Source of the DNA: a bacterium
GTDB taxonomy: Bacteria; RBG-13-61-14; DATKZS01
Assembly (NCBI GenBank): GCA_963674965.2
Contig: CAXXFL010000001.1
Coordinates: 832,001 to 896,000 of the forward strand
Reading direction: 5' to 3'
DNA: 64,000 nucleotides
The notes below the pieces were generated by a model, which was given only the letters and a program-made list of their open reading frames with translations, was not told where the DNA came from and did no database searches. The position numbers and the translations under genes are program-made. Position 1 is the stretch's first letter. Every line of letters begins with the position of its first letter. Below, in pieces: positions 1 through 8,854 of this stretch.

Positions 1-26
1 TAATCTCGAAGAAGGGAGATTTAGTC

Positions 27-1376
27 ATGAGGGCTAAGATCGGGATGGCGTTGGTTGGGGTTTTAATTATGGCCGTGGTGGTAGGCATTGCTGGGGCGCG
101 GTCAACTCCGCAACTTATAAATTACCAGGGGCGGCTCACCAATGCGGCGGGCCAGCCGCTTGCGGACGGTACTACTGTGGATTTGACTTTCGCGTTCTAT
201 GGCGTAGAAACGGGCGGGACGGCGTACCTCACGGTTCTCCAGGAAGACGTGGTGGTGAACGGCGGTATTTACAACGTGCTCATCGGCTCGGGCACGGTAG
301 CGCCGGGATCCGAGCCCAACCTGGGCGCCGTGTTCCAGAACCACCAGAACGTGTGGATGGGGGTCGAGGTTGACGGCGACGGGGTGATGTCGCCGCGGGC
401 GAGAATCGCCAGCGTGCCTTTCGCTGAAAAAGCAAACGCCGTGAACACGAGCTGGCTCGATGTATACATGGAATCTTCCGATTACGATGGGGACGGTTAT
501 CTAAAGCTTATGGTTGGGGGCACGGACTGTGATAACAATAACGCTGCGGTAAATCCAGGCGCTTCCGAAATCTGCGATGACGGTTTCGACAACGATTGCG
601 ATGGGGACATTGACGGAAATGATTCAGATTGTGCTCCTCCCGGCGTGGCCCTGATCCCCTCGGGCTGCTTCGACATGGGCGACGCGTTCAGCGAGGGCCG
701 CAGCAATGAGCTTCCGATCCATAATGTATGCATTACCTCGAATTTCTACATGGACATGTATGAGGTGACCAACTCGAAGTATGCGGCCTGCGTTACCGGC
801 GGCGGTTGCACGGCTCCGGGTAGTTCAGGCAGTTTCCGGCGAGTGTCATATTATGGAAATCCCACTTACGATGATTATCCCGTTATCTATATAGAATGGA
901 ACCAAGCCACGGCCTACTGCACCTGGGCGGGCAAGAGACTCCCCACTGAGTCTGAATGGGAATATGCAGCCCGTGGCGGACTGGCTGGAAAGAGGTATCC
1001 TCATGGAGACAGCATATCTTGCTCAGATGCTAATTATGCTAGATATAGTTCATTTGAAGACTGCTGGGATTTCGGAGGCCTTGAAAACGATACCCACCAG
1101 GTTGGGAGCTATATTGCCAATGGCTACGGGCTTTATGATATGGCCGGAAATGCTTGGGAAATGGTCCATGATTGGTATTCAAACAGCTATTATCAGTATT
1201 GCGTAGATAACAATATAGTGAATGACCCTCCAGGGCCCGCGCCAGATAGGTATCACGTTGTACGCGGTGGCGGTTGGGACTTTGATACCTCCAACCTGCG
1301 AGTTGCGGGCCGGACCACGTACGGTGTGTCTACTTTTCTGGACGGTGCCGTAGGCTTCCGTTGCGCTGCGGACTGA
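27..1376 (+). CDS. Secreted protein: N-terminal beta domain, acidic Cys-rich putative metal-binding motif, C-terminal FGE-sulfatase (SUMF1, CLec-fold) domain
   Basis: Signal peptide; DCDNNNAAVNPGASEICDDGFDNDCDG motif; FGE motifs RLPTESEWEYAARGG, NGYGLYDMAGNAWE, RGGGW...GFRC at C-terminus. Confidence 0.85.
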   Translation: MRAKIGMALVGVLIMAVVVGIAGARSTPQLINYQGRLTNAAGQPLADGTTVDLTFAFYGVETGGTAYLTVLQEDVVVNGGIYNVLIGSGTVAPGSEPNLGAVFQNHQNVWMGVEVDGDGVMSPRARIASVPFAEKANAVNTSWLDVYMESSDYDGDGYLKLMVGGTDCDNNNAAVNPGASEICDDGFDNDCDGDIDGNDSDCAPPGVALIPSGCFDMGDAFSEGRSNELPIHNVCITSNFYMDMYEVTNSKYAACVTGGGCTAPGSSGSFRRVSYYGNPTYDDYPVIYIEWNQATAYCTWAGKRLPTESEWEYAARGGLAGKRYPHGDSISCSDANYARYSSFEDCWDFGGLENDTHQVGSYIANGYGLYDMAGNAWEMVHDWYSNSYYQYCVDNNIVNDPPGPAPDRYHVVRGGGWDFDTSNLRVAGRTTYGVSTFLDGAVGFRCAAD

Positions 1377-1589
1377 TCCCCCCACGCCTATGAGCTTCGG
1401 AGGACGGGTTACACGTCAGTTTTTTATCTCGTTTTCTATTTTATGGAAACGTCAGCCCCCATCGGAAATTTTTTATTACTAAAGAACTCCCAACCGCATC
1501 GCTCCAGTTGACGCTGGCGTTGCATGTCGGCCTCCTAACGGTCCGCGTCGTGCCAATTGTCGTTTACGCATTCGACCACCAGTCGCGCC

Positions 1590-1880
1590 TGTCCGCGTTT
1601 TCTTTGTCAGAAAGAAAAAGGGGAGTGCTTCGACGCCGCATCGCGAAGCTTCGTCCATGATAACCACATCGAACATGCCGGGGGCGGGAAATATCGTGTC
1701 CCAAACCCAATGGAGTGGCATGACCCATGCCGGAACCGCCTCGCGGCATTGATTGAGGTGCTCTTGAGCCTCGCGACGACGTCGCGGCGCGTGCTTCCAT
1801 GTCCCCTTGCCAAGTCGCCGCATGGACTGTTGCCAGGCTTCCATGTGAAGACGATGGTCTTCCCTGAGCCGCGAGAAACA
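1590..1880 (-). pseudogene. Fragment of a superfamily-1 (AAA/UPF1-like) helicase gene
   Basis: Translation includes AVPAWVMPL...GMFDVVIMDEASRCGVEAL (Walker B-like FDVVIxDEAS); no Walker A or downstream motifs; boundaries approximate. Confidence 0.6.
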
Positions 1881-1983
1881 AATTGGATTTCCCCAGCGGC
1901 AAGCCGCTCATCTGCCCCACGCGCGGCATTTTGTTCCTTTCCGCTTGGCTAATGCCGTGCAAGGGTTTCGCAACTGGAACTAG

Positions 1984-3753
1984 CTAGTTCCAGTTGCGTA
2001 ACTAGAAAAAGCCAATAAAAACAATGTGCTGTAAGCATTTTTCGCTTCCCTTTTTGGTCTTGTTATGATACAATAACTCCTTGAAAAATCAAGGATTGAC
2101 TTGCCGGGATGCTGTGAAGGGGGCGAAAAATGCGACCGAAAATTAAAATGCAAATGACCATTGAAGACCACGAATTTTTGAAAGCGGGCCATCTTTTCAA
2201 ACAAGACACTGAGCTTGAGAAGATGAGCATAGCGCTCGACGAGGCCAAGGAAATTCTGGAAGCTGTTGCCGATGATCTCCAAAGCGGACTCAAGGAGACC
2301 GGCGCCGAGGGGATGAGCGTCGAGCAGGTCCTTAGGAGCGCGGTCATCTATCAACTCAAGTGTTATTCCTACCGGGAACTCGGCGACCGCCTCGGTTCCG
2401 ATTACAATTTCCGCAAGTTCACCAGGTTCTTCGGGCGGGACATTCCCCATTTCAGCAGCCTGGAGCGGGCGATAAAACGCATCCGCCCCGAGACCTGGGA
2501 GCGGATCAACGAAATGCTCGTGGCCCTGGCCATTAAAAAAAAAGTAGAAGACGGCGAGGCGGTCCGCGCTGACACCGCGGTGGCCGAGGCCAACATCCAC
2601 TATCCGACCGACGCTTCGCTTCTTTTTGACAGCATCCGTGTATTGGACCGGTTGATGAAAGGAGCGCGGAAGGAGCTGCCGGGTCTCGGGTTCGAATATC
2701 ATGACCGGACTCGGCGGGCCAAGAAGCGCGCTTACCAGATCGCCATGGGCAAAGGCAAAGGGATCGAGAAGAAACGGGCGGTCTGGTACCGGGACCTTCT
2801 CAAGGTTTCGGCGGAAATCTTGGCCATGGCCCGCTCGGCGCGGGAGGCGCTGGACGAGGCCCTTAAAGGCGGAGAGCTTTATTTCAGCGATGCGGGCCTG
2901 GCAACCATGATCAAGAGCGAACTCGATCATTACCTGCCGCTTTCTGAGCAGTGCGTCGAGCAGTGCGAGCGGCGGGTTATAAAAGGCGAGAAGGTTCCCG
3001 CGCAAGAGAAGGTGGTTTCCGTTTTCGAGCCGCACGTTGATATCATCCGGAGAGGCAAGACCATGAGCCCGACCGAGTTCGGTCACAAGGTGATGGCGGC
3101 GACGGGAAGGTCGGGGATTGTGCTTCAATATAAAGTGTGCGAGGGCAACCCTTCCGACGCCGACCTTTTCGAGGACATTTTGCAAAAACACGTCCGCCTG
3201 TTCGGCAAGGCTCCACGCGAGTTTACCGGCGACCGCCGCTTCTATCATGAGGACAATGAGAAGCTTGCGACCGAAGGTCCTTATTATATCGAGCGCCTGG
3301 CCATTCCCAAGCCCGGCAAAAGGAGTTCGGAGCGGATCGAGCACGAGCGTCAGCGCTGGTTCAAGAAGCTTCTTCGCTTCCGGGCCGGGATCGAGGGCGG
3401 CCTTTCCGCCCTTCTTCGCGGCTTCGGTCTGAGCCGATGCCTGTGGAGAGGTTTCGAGAGCTTCAAGTCCTGGGTGGGTCTTTCGTTCTTTGCCTGGAAC
3501 CTTCGAAAACTCGCGCTGCTGACTTAGCCGCCGCCGGGCGCGCCCCTGTGGGGGCAATGAAAAACGGAAATGAAAAACAGCAAAAGGAGAGGTGTTTTTT
3601 GAAAGGATAGAAAAGGGCCGGCTCAGGCATTCAACTCGCCTGAAAGCGTTAAAATCTTTTCCGTCCTTTATGGACGCCCTGAAAATCTGCATGTCCATAT
3701 CCTCTCCGCACCGCATAATGAAAGCCATTAAGCAGTTGTGCAACAGAAACTAG
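1984..3753 (+). mobile_element. Insertion sequence, ISNCY/IS5-like, ~1.77 kb
   Basis: Imperfect terminal inverted repeats CTAGTTCCAGTTGCGTAACT (left) vs CTAGTTTCTGTTGCACAACT (right, reverse complement); flanking CTAG direct repeats at 1980-1983 and 3754-3757; single transposase. Confidence 0.85.
2130..3527 (+). CDS. DDE transposase (ISNCY/IS5-like)
   Basis: RADTAVAEANIHYPTDASLL, TEFGHKV, GDRRF, FRAGIEGGLS motifs; intact 465-aa ORF inside the TIRs. Confidence 0.9.
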   Translation: MRPKIKMQMTIEDHEFLKAGHLFKQDTELEKMSIALDEAKEILEAVADDLQSGLKETGAEGMSVEQVLRSAVIYQLKCYSYRELGDRLGSDYNFRKFTRFFGRDIPHFSSLERAIKRIRPETWERINEMLVALAIKKKVEDGEAVRADTAVAEANIHYPTDASLLFDSIRVLDRLMKGARKELPGLGFEYHDRTRRAKKRAYQIAMGKGKGIEKKRAVWYRDLLKVSAEILAMARSAREALDEALKGGELYFSDAGLATMIKSELDHYLPLSEQCVEQCERRVIKGEKVPAQEKVVSVFEPHVDIIRRGKTMSPTEFGHKVMAATGRSGIVLQYKVCEGNPSDADLFEDILQKHVRLFGKAPREFTGDRRFYHEDNEKLATEGPYYIERLAIPKPGKRSSERIEHERQRWFKKLLRFRAGIEGGLSALLRGFGLSRCLWRGFESFKSWVGLSFFAWNLRKLALLT

Positions 3754-4920
3754 CTAGAACTCGAGGGTTATGCCTACCACCTCGGGGGGACATAGGAAGC
3801 GCATGCGGGGCGCGCCTCCGCCCTCCATGCCCACGCCCCTGGTGACCACCATGTCCATACCGTCCACCCGGAATGAGCCGTGGGCCCATCTTCGTCCGGA
3901 GCGGGTGGCGGTGTACAAGGCCCCCACCAGGGGGAAACGTATCTGACCGCCGTGAGTGTGGCCGGCCAGGTACAGCCTGACGCCGGCTCTCGCCGCCTCG
4001 CGGGCCAGGTCGGGCGTGTGATGGAGCAGTACCAGGCAAGAGCCGTCGGCGGTGGAGGAGATGGCCTCGAGCGCGGCCTTGTGCCCGTCAGGGCCGGGCT
4101 CGAAGGGCACTCCAGCCAGGCGTAGCTCCTTGCCCTTGACCTTGATCGACTCGATTTCGTTCTCGAGCAGCCGGGCCCGCGTGCCCCTGACCAGACTCCG
4201 GACCCATTCAAGATAATCGACCTCCTCGGTGCCCCTCGAGACGAAAAGGGGGGCGATGGCGGCCAGGCTGGAGATGAAGTCCCGAGTCTGCGCCAGGGTC
4301 TTCTCGTCGTCGACGAAGGACAGGTTGGTAAAGTCCCCGGGCCAGAGGATGAGATCGGGACAAAACTCGCGGGCCAACTGGAGGACCCTCTTTTCCCTTT
4401 CGCCGGCCCTGTCCAGGTGGAGGTCGGCGAGAAGGAATATCTTGACACGCTTTCCCTCGCTCTCCTCTTTATCTTTCAGCTTGATGGTCTCCTCCCTCAG
4501 CTCGACCCGGTAGGGCTCGATAAGGGACGCGTAACTCATGCACCAGAGGAGGCCGAACTGAATTAGCACGTGGACCGCGAGTATAATGGTTATGGGCGCG
4601 GTGATCAAGGGTGGTATGAGGGCCGCGCTCGCGTGGCCGAGGCTGAAGAGGAAAAAGGGGCCGCCAAAGGGGCTGGGGGACTTTTCCGACCACCGACTCG
4701 AGGCGATGATCAGGGCCTCGAGCCCGAGGGGAAAGGCAGTAATCATGTAGGCGGCGAAATGGTGGGAAGGCCAGAGCATGGTGGCCCCCGCCACCTCGAG
4801 GGAAGCCAGTACGATCCAAAGCGCGGCCGGCAAGGAGTCCATGCGGTCCAGGGCCACGATGAAATTATGGAAAATCCCGCGGGGCCGAAAATGAATTCGG
4901 TGGGAAGGAAAATTCTTCAT
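3754..4920 (-). CDS. Membrane-anchored metallophosphoesterase (YkuE/YaeI-like)
   Basis: N-terminal TM helices; ADLH, GDF, HHTP, AGHTHGGQI, VTRGVG motifs. Confidence 0.85.
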   Translation of the reverse strand: MKNFPSHRIHFRPRGIFHNFIVALDRMDSLPAALWIVLASLEVAGATMLWPSHHFAAYMITAFPLGLEALIIASSRWSEKSPSPFGGPFFLFSLGHASAALIPPLITAPITIILAVHVLIQFGLLWCMSYASLIEPYRVELREETIKLKDKEESEGKRVKIFLLADLHLDRAGEREKRVLQLAREFCPDLILWPGDFTNLSFVDDEKTLAQTRDFISSLAAIAPLFVSRGTEEVDYLEWVRSLVRGTRARLLENEIESIKVKGKELRLAGVPFEPGPDGHKAALEAISSTADGSCLVLLHHTPDLAREAARAGVRLYLAGHTHGGQIRFPLVGALYTATRSGRRWAHGSFRVDGMDMVVTRGVGMEGGGAPRMRFLCPPEVVGITLEF

Positions 4921-5109
4921 GCTCTCCTCATAATAAGCGCTACTCGTAAAACCGCGTTGGTCTATATGATAACTGATGAATCCGGTGAAACCATCGCCGG
5001 CGTGGCGAGTATCTCGTGATTGTATCCTTGTCCTTTTCCCTTTGTCCTTGACAGTCCAGTCCCTTGCGATATCCTTTAGCGTAACCTAATGAAAAAGGAG
5101 TCCGTTAAA

Positions 5110-5916
5110 ATGGCTAAACCCAGGGCGCTGGTGTTGACGGGTTACGGTATCAACTGCGATTGGGAAACGAAAACGGCCTTCGAGATGGCGGGGGCCAGGG
5201 CCCGGCGCGTTCATATCAACGACCTCATCTCGGGGGAGGCCAAGCTGTCCGATTACCAGATTCTTGCCTTCCCCGGCGGGTTCAGCTTCGGCGACGACGT
5301 GGCCTCCGGCAAGGTCCTGGCCGTCAAGGCCAAGGTCGGCCTGGGCGACGAGATCATGCGCTTCATCGACGACGGCAAGCTCATCATCGGAGTGTGCAAC
5401 GGGTTCCAGGTCATGGTCAAGTACGGACTCCTGGCCGATCCCGGAGCCGAGTTCGGCGTGCCCCGCCTGACCCTGACCCATAACGACTCCAACCGCTACG
5501 AGGACAGGTGGGTCCACCTGAAAAGAGCATCGGACAAATGCGCGTGGACTCGGGACCTCGAGGATATCTATCTGCCCGTGGCCCACGGAGAGGGAAAATT
5601 CTATACCCTTCCCGACCGCCTCGAGGCCATCGAACAAGGCGGCCAGGTCGCCTTCAGGTACGCCGATGAACAATACGAGCCGGCCGGCGGAAGGTTCCCC
5701 TTTAACCCGAACGGGTCCCTAAACGACATAGCCGGAGTGTGCGACGAGAGCGGACGGGTCATGGGCATGATGCCGCACCCGGAAAGGTCCCTCCACGCGT
5801 CCAACCATCCACGCTGGACCGCGAGACGCGAGCTGGCCGTCAGAAAAGGCGAAAATTTCGAGAAGGAAGGAGACGGCCTTAAAATTTTCAAAAACGGCGT
5901 CTCCTATTTTCAGTAA
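5110..5916 (+). CDS. purQ: Phosphoribosylformylglycinamidine synthase glutamine amidotransferase subunit
   Basis: GINCD.ET, PGGFSFGD, GVCNGFQ, AHGEG, NPNGS, MMPHPER; AAGGAG RBS before ATG 5110. Confidence 0.95.
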   Translation: MAKPRALVLTGYGINCDWETKTAFEMAGARARRVHINDLISGEAKLSDYQILAFPGGFSFGDDVASGKVLAVKAKVGLGDEIMRFIDDGKLIIGVCNGFQVMVKYGLLADPGAEFGVPRLTLTHNDSNRYEDRWVHLKRASDKCAWTRDLEDIYLPVAHGEGKFYTLPDRLEAIEQGGQVAFRYADEQYEPAGGRFPFNPNGSLNDIAGVCDESGRVMGMMPHPERSLHASNHPRWTARRELAVRKGENFEKEGDGLKIFKNGVSYFQ

Positions 5917-5945
5917 CCGCCCAAGAGCATTCAAGGGAGGCAGGC

Positions 5946-6806
5946 ATGATATTCAATTCCCCGCGGAAAAACCAAAACCAAAAACGGACTCGGAGCTTTC
6001 TCATTTTACTGCTCCCTTTGATGATGGTCGCCATCGCGGCCCGGGCCGAGGATATGCCCGCGGCCGACAAAGCCGATCGCCTGGCAAGCTACGACGCCCG
6101 GGAGGTCATATCCGGGATGGAAGACCTCATGAGAAGCAAGACCAATCATTCGAGGATGGTTATGACCGTTATCAATCCGGCCTGGAAAAGTCCCCGCGCC
6201 TACGAGATGCTCAGTTGGGACGACCGGGAGGGAGACAAAAGCTTCATCCGCATCATCGCCCCTCCCCGCGACAAGGGGAACGCCTTCCTCAAGATCGGCA
6301 ACGTCTTCAAGATGTACATTCCCACGGAGCGCGAGAACAAGCCCATAACCATCCCACCGTCCCTTATGCTCCAGCCCTGGATGGGCTCGGACTTTACCAA
6401 CGATGACCTGGTCCGGGAGTCGAGCATCCTCGACGATTACGAGCAGACCCTCGAGGGAATCGAGAAGGACGAGAACGGCAAGGACCTTCTCCGCGTCAGG
6501 CTTGATCCCAAGCCGGAGGCGGCCGTGGTCTGGGGCAAGATAGTGGTCCTGGTCCGGCCCGACGACTATATTCCGGTGCGCCAGAAGTACTACGATGAGG
6601 ACGGAGCCGAGGTGCGGGAGATGCGCATGTCCGAGATCAAGGAAATGGGCGGCCATAAAATACCCACCAGGTGGGAAATGGTCAGCCTCGAGGAGGACAA
6701 AAAGGGAAGAAGCACGGTGCTCGAGATCAAGACCATGGAGTTCGACGTCGAGATCGATCCTGCAACCTTTACCGAGAAGAACCTGACCAGGCGCGACTGG
6801 GAATAA
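5946..6806 (+). CDS. Outer membrane lipoprotein-sorting protein (LolA-like)
   Basis: Signal peptide; SFIRI..P..DKG.AFLK and QPWMGSDFTNDDL motifs. Confidence 0.8.
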   Translation: MIFNSPRKNQNQKRTRSFLILLLPLMMVAIAARAEDMPAADKADRLASYDAREVISGMEDLMRSKTNHSRMVMTVINPAWKSPRAYEMLSWDDREGDKSFIRIIAPPRDKGNAFLKIGNVFKMYIPTERENKPITIPPSLMLQPWMGSDFTNDDLVRESSILDDYEQTLEGIEKDENGKDLLRVRLDPKPEAAVVWGKIVVLVRPDDYIPVRQKYYDEDGAEVREMRMSEIKEMGGHKIPTRWEMVSLEEDKKGRSTVLEIKTMEFDVEIDPATFTEKNLTRRDWE

Positions 6807-7178
6807 CCTGAGGCGCGCTGAATCGGTTACGGCGCCCTCGCCTGGACTTCGATAGTTATATTTCCCTTTGCCCGCGGTGGATGACCGTCACGGCCCATGG
6901 CTGGTCCGCCATGTTTACTTCCAGGTCCGTTAATGAAAATATTATAGAAGGACTAAAAGTGGGCCGGCGACATGGGGCTTACCGGACGGCTTCAGGCGGC
7001 CTGACCGAAAAACATTTTAGTCTCCAGTCCCAAAATCAATTTAATCGAAATATTCATCGCGAAAAATTCCAGGCAATGGGCGGACAATTTATAATCGGTT
7101 AAAAGCCGCGAAAACCGGACTGGATATGGGATTGCTTTCTAAATATTCAATATTTAACATAATATTTTGTATAACTCC

Positions 7179-7207
7179 TTGACGGGCGCGCGGGGTTATG
7201 ATATTAT
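7179..7207 (+). promoter_or_regulatory. Putative sigma70 promoter of the small lipoprotein gene
   Basis: TTGACG-17 bp-TATTAT with TG extension, AT-rich upstream tract. Confidence 0.5.
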
Positions 7208-7311
7208 CAATACGTGGTTAAAGCCATTTAATTACCTTGTTTCAAGCTGGGGGTTTAAGCGAATAAAGCCTCAATGCTGACGGGGCGAAGGACGAAAAGG
7301 AGATTTGGAGG

Positions 7312-7617
7312 ATGAAAAAGATTTTATTCGCGGTCGTGGTCGGCGTTTCGTTTTCTGCCTTAATGCTCTCTTGCGGAGGCTCGAGCTCCGACGTGTCTCA
7401 TCCGCCGACGGATGATACCATGCTTCCCAACAATCTGTACTGCGGGGATTATTTTGCCCTGGGGGAATGCATAGCCAGGTACTGCGCCAACGAGGATGAC
7501 GAGTGCATCGGCCTTGATATTTTCGACGGCCCCTTCCTGGCGGCCGTGGAAAAGGGATGCGCGGACGAGGACGATATCGCCGTCTGGGAAGAGTACTGCA
7601 ACGTGCCGGAAGAATAA
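7312..7617 (+). CDS. Small acidic Cys-rich lipoprotein, hypothetical
   Basis: Signal peptide with lipobox-like LMLSC; six further Cys; GGAGG RBS. Confidence 0.7.
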   Translation: MKKILFAVVVGVSFSALMLSCGGSSSDVSHPPTDDTMLPNNLYCGDYFALGECIARYCANEDDECIGLDIFDGPFLAAVEKGCADEDDIAVWEEYCNVPEE

Positions 7618-7649
7618 ATCGGATAACCTTTTAATCTATCGATTCGCGA

Positions 7650-7682
7650 CCGCGGGCGGCCGATAACCTTGGCCGCTCGCGG
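7650..7682. terminator. GC-rich hairpin between convergent genes
   Basis: CCGCGGGCGGCCGA / TTGGCCGCTCGCGG stem; no strong U-tract. Confidence 0.45.
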
Positions 7683-7713
7683 CGCCGTCTTTTACCGCCC
7701 CGCCGGTCCCCGA

Positions 7714-8706
7714 TCAAATACCCAATAAGCCGGCGGCGTTATCGTGGAAAAATCCTCTTCTGAAATCCGGGTCCGAGGAAGTCGCCTCCATGCCCGCCTT
7801 GAGCGCGAACTTGGGAAGGGTAAAGGGAAAGTCGGTGGCGAACAGAAGCCTTCCCGTCCCCATCTTGTCCGCGGCTTCCCTGATGTGAAGAGGCCCGTGG
7901 AAACTGCAATCCGCGTGGACGTTATCCCTGCTTGAAGCCAGGTCGTATACGGCCTCAGGGCGGTTCATGTTGAGGTGCGCCAAAATAAACGGCGTCCCGG
8001 GAAAGGCGTCCAGCAGCCGGGCGAAGCGGGAGGCGTCGCCGTAGGAGTCGCGCTCGCTCTTGGGACCAAGGTATCCGGACGTCCCGGCGTGAAGCAGCAC
8101 GGGCTTTCCAAAGCGGGCCCATATTTCCAGCGTTTCCAGATAGGCCGGGTCCTCGGGCGCCAGGTTCTGAAGGATGGGATGGAGCTTGAGGCCAAGGCAT
8201 CCTCTTTCATGATACCTTATGAGCTTTCTCTCCTTGTCCGGGTCGAGGGGATGGACCGAGGCGAAAGTCTTGATGGTAAGCGGAGGCTCGGAGTTGTCCA
8301 CCATCTCCGAGGCCGCCATGGCCATGCCCTCCTCCCTTTTGATCTTGTCCAGGGAAAAGGAACTCGAGAGCATCATGCGCCAGCTCGATTTGTACTCGGC
8401 GATCAGGTTTAAATTGTCATCCGTCTCGCGGATGGGCTCGATGGGCTGTAGAACGCTTATCGACACGCCGAAGGGAGCCGAGCATTTGAGGAGTTGAGGA
8501 AGGTTGGCCATGCCCGCCCGGCCCGACTCCCGCTTTTGCCTCGCCTCCAGGGCGAGTTCCTCGTCCCGCTCCCGGGAGGCCGAGGCCCAAAAGCCCTCGC
8601 GCTCGATGACCGAGCCCGGGTCCCAGGGAACGCGGTCGCAAAAGGAAGGGTATTCGTCGCCAAGAAAAAGGTCCCCCACGTGGACGTGAACGTCGATGAT
8701 CTTCAT
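7714..8706 (-). CDS. Amidohydrolase family protein (Amidohydro_2)
   Basis: IIDVHVH, GLKLHP, LLHAG, ILAH, FATDFP motifs. Confidence 0.85.
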   Translation of the reverse strand: MKIIDVHVHVGDLFLGDEYPSFCDRVPWDPGSVIEREGFWASASRERDEELALEARQKRESGRAGMANLPQLLKCSAPFGVSISVLQPIEPIRETDDNLNLIAEYKSSWRMMLSSSFSLDKIKREEGMAMAASEMVDNSEPPLTIKTFASVHPLDPDKERKLIRYHERGCLGLKLHPILQNLAPEDPAYLETLEIWARFGKPVLLHAGTSGYLGPKSERDSYGDASRFARLLDAFPGTPFILAHLNMNRPEAVYDLASSRDNVHADCSFHGPLHIREAADKMGTGRLLFATDFPFTLPKFALKAGMEATSSDPDFRRGFFHDNAAGLLGI

Positions 8707-8854
8707 GACCCAACCCGCCCATTCAGGCGCGAGTTCCGTATCGCTTTTCTATGCCCGTCCGCGGCGATGGCGTCTTCCTCCATCTTTTTATGGTAAAGCG
8801 AAGAGGGGCCGCGTTCAATGGCGGGAAATATCGGCCCGCGCCGGGGCGGTCGCC

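Noticed and set aside
1377-1980. DGR template repeat downstream of the FGE gene
   Set aside because: No AAC-rich copy of 1255-1376 found here or elsewhere in the window by eye
1980-3743. 587-aa antisense ORF over the transposase, and similar long antisense ORFs across the window
   Set aside because: Shadow ORFs expected in GC-rich coding DNA; no motifs, and the opposite strand encodes clear proteins
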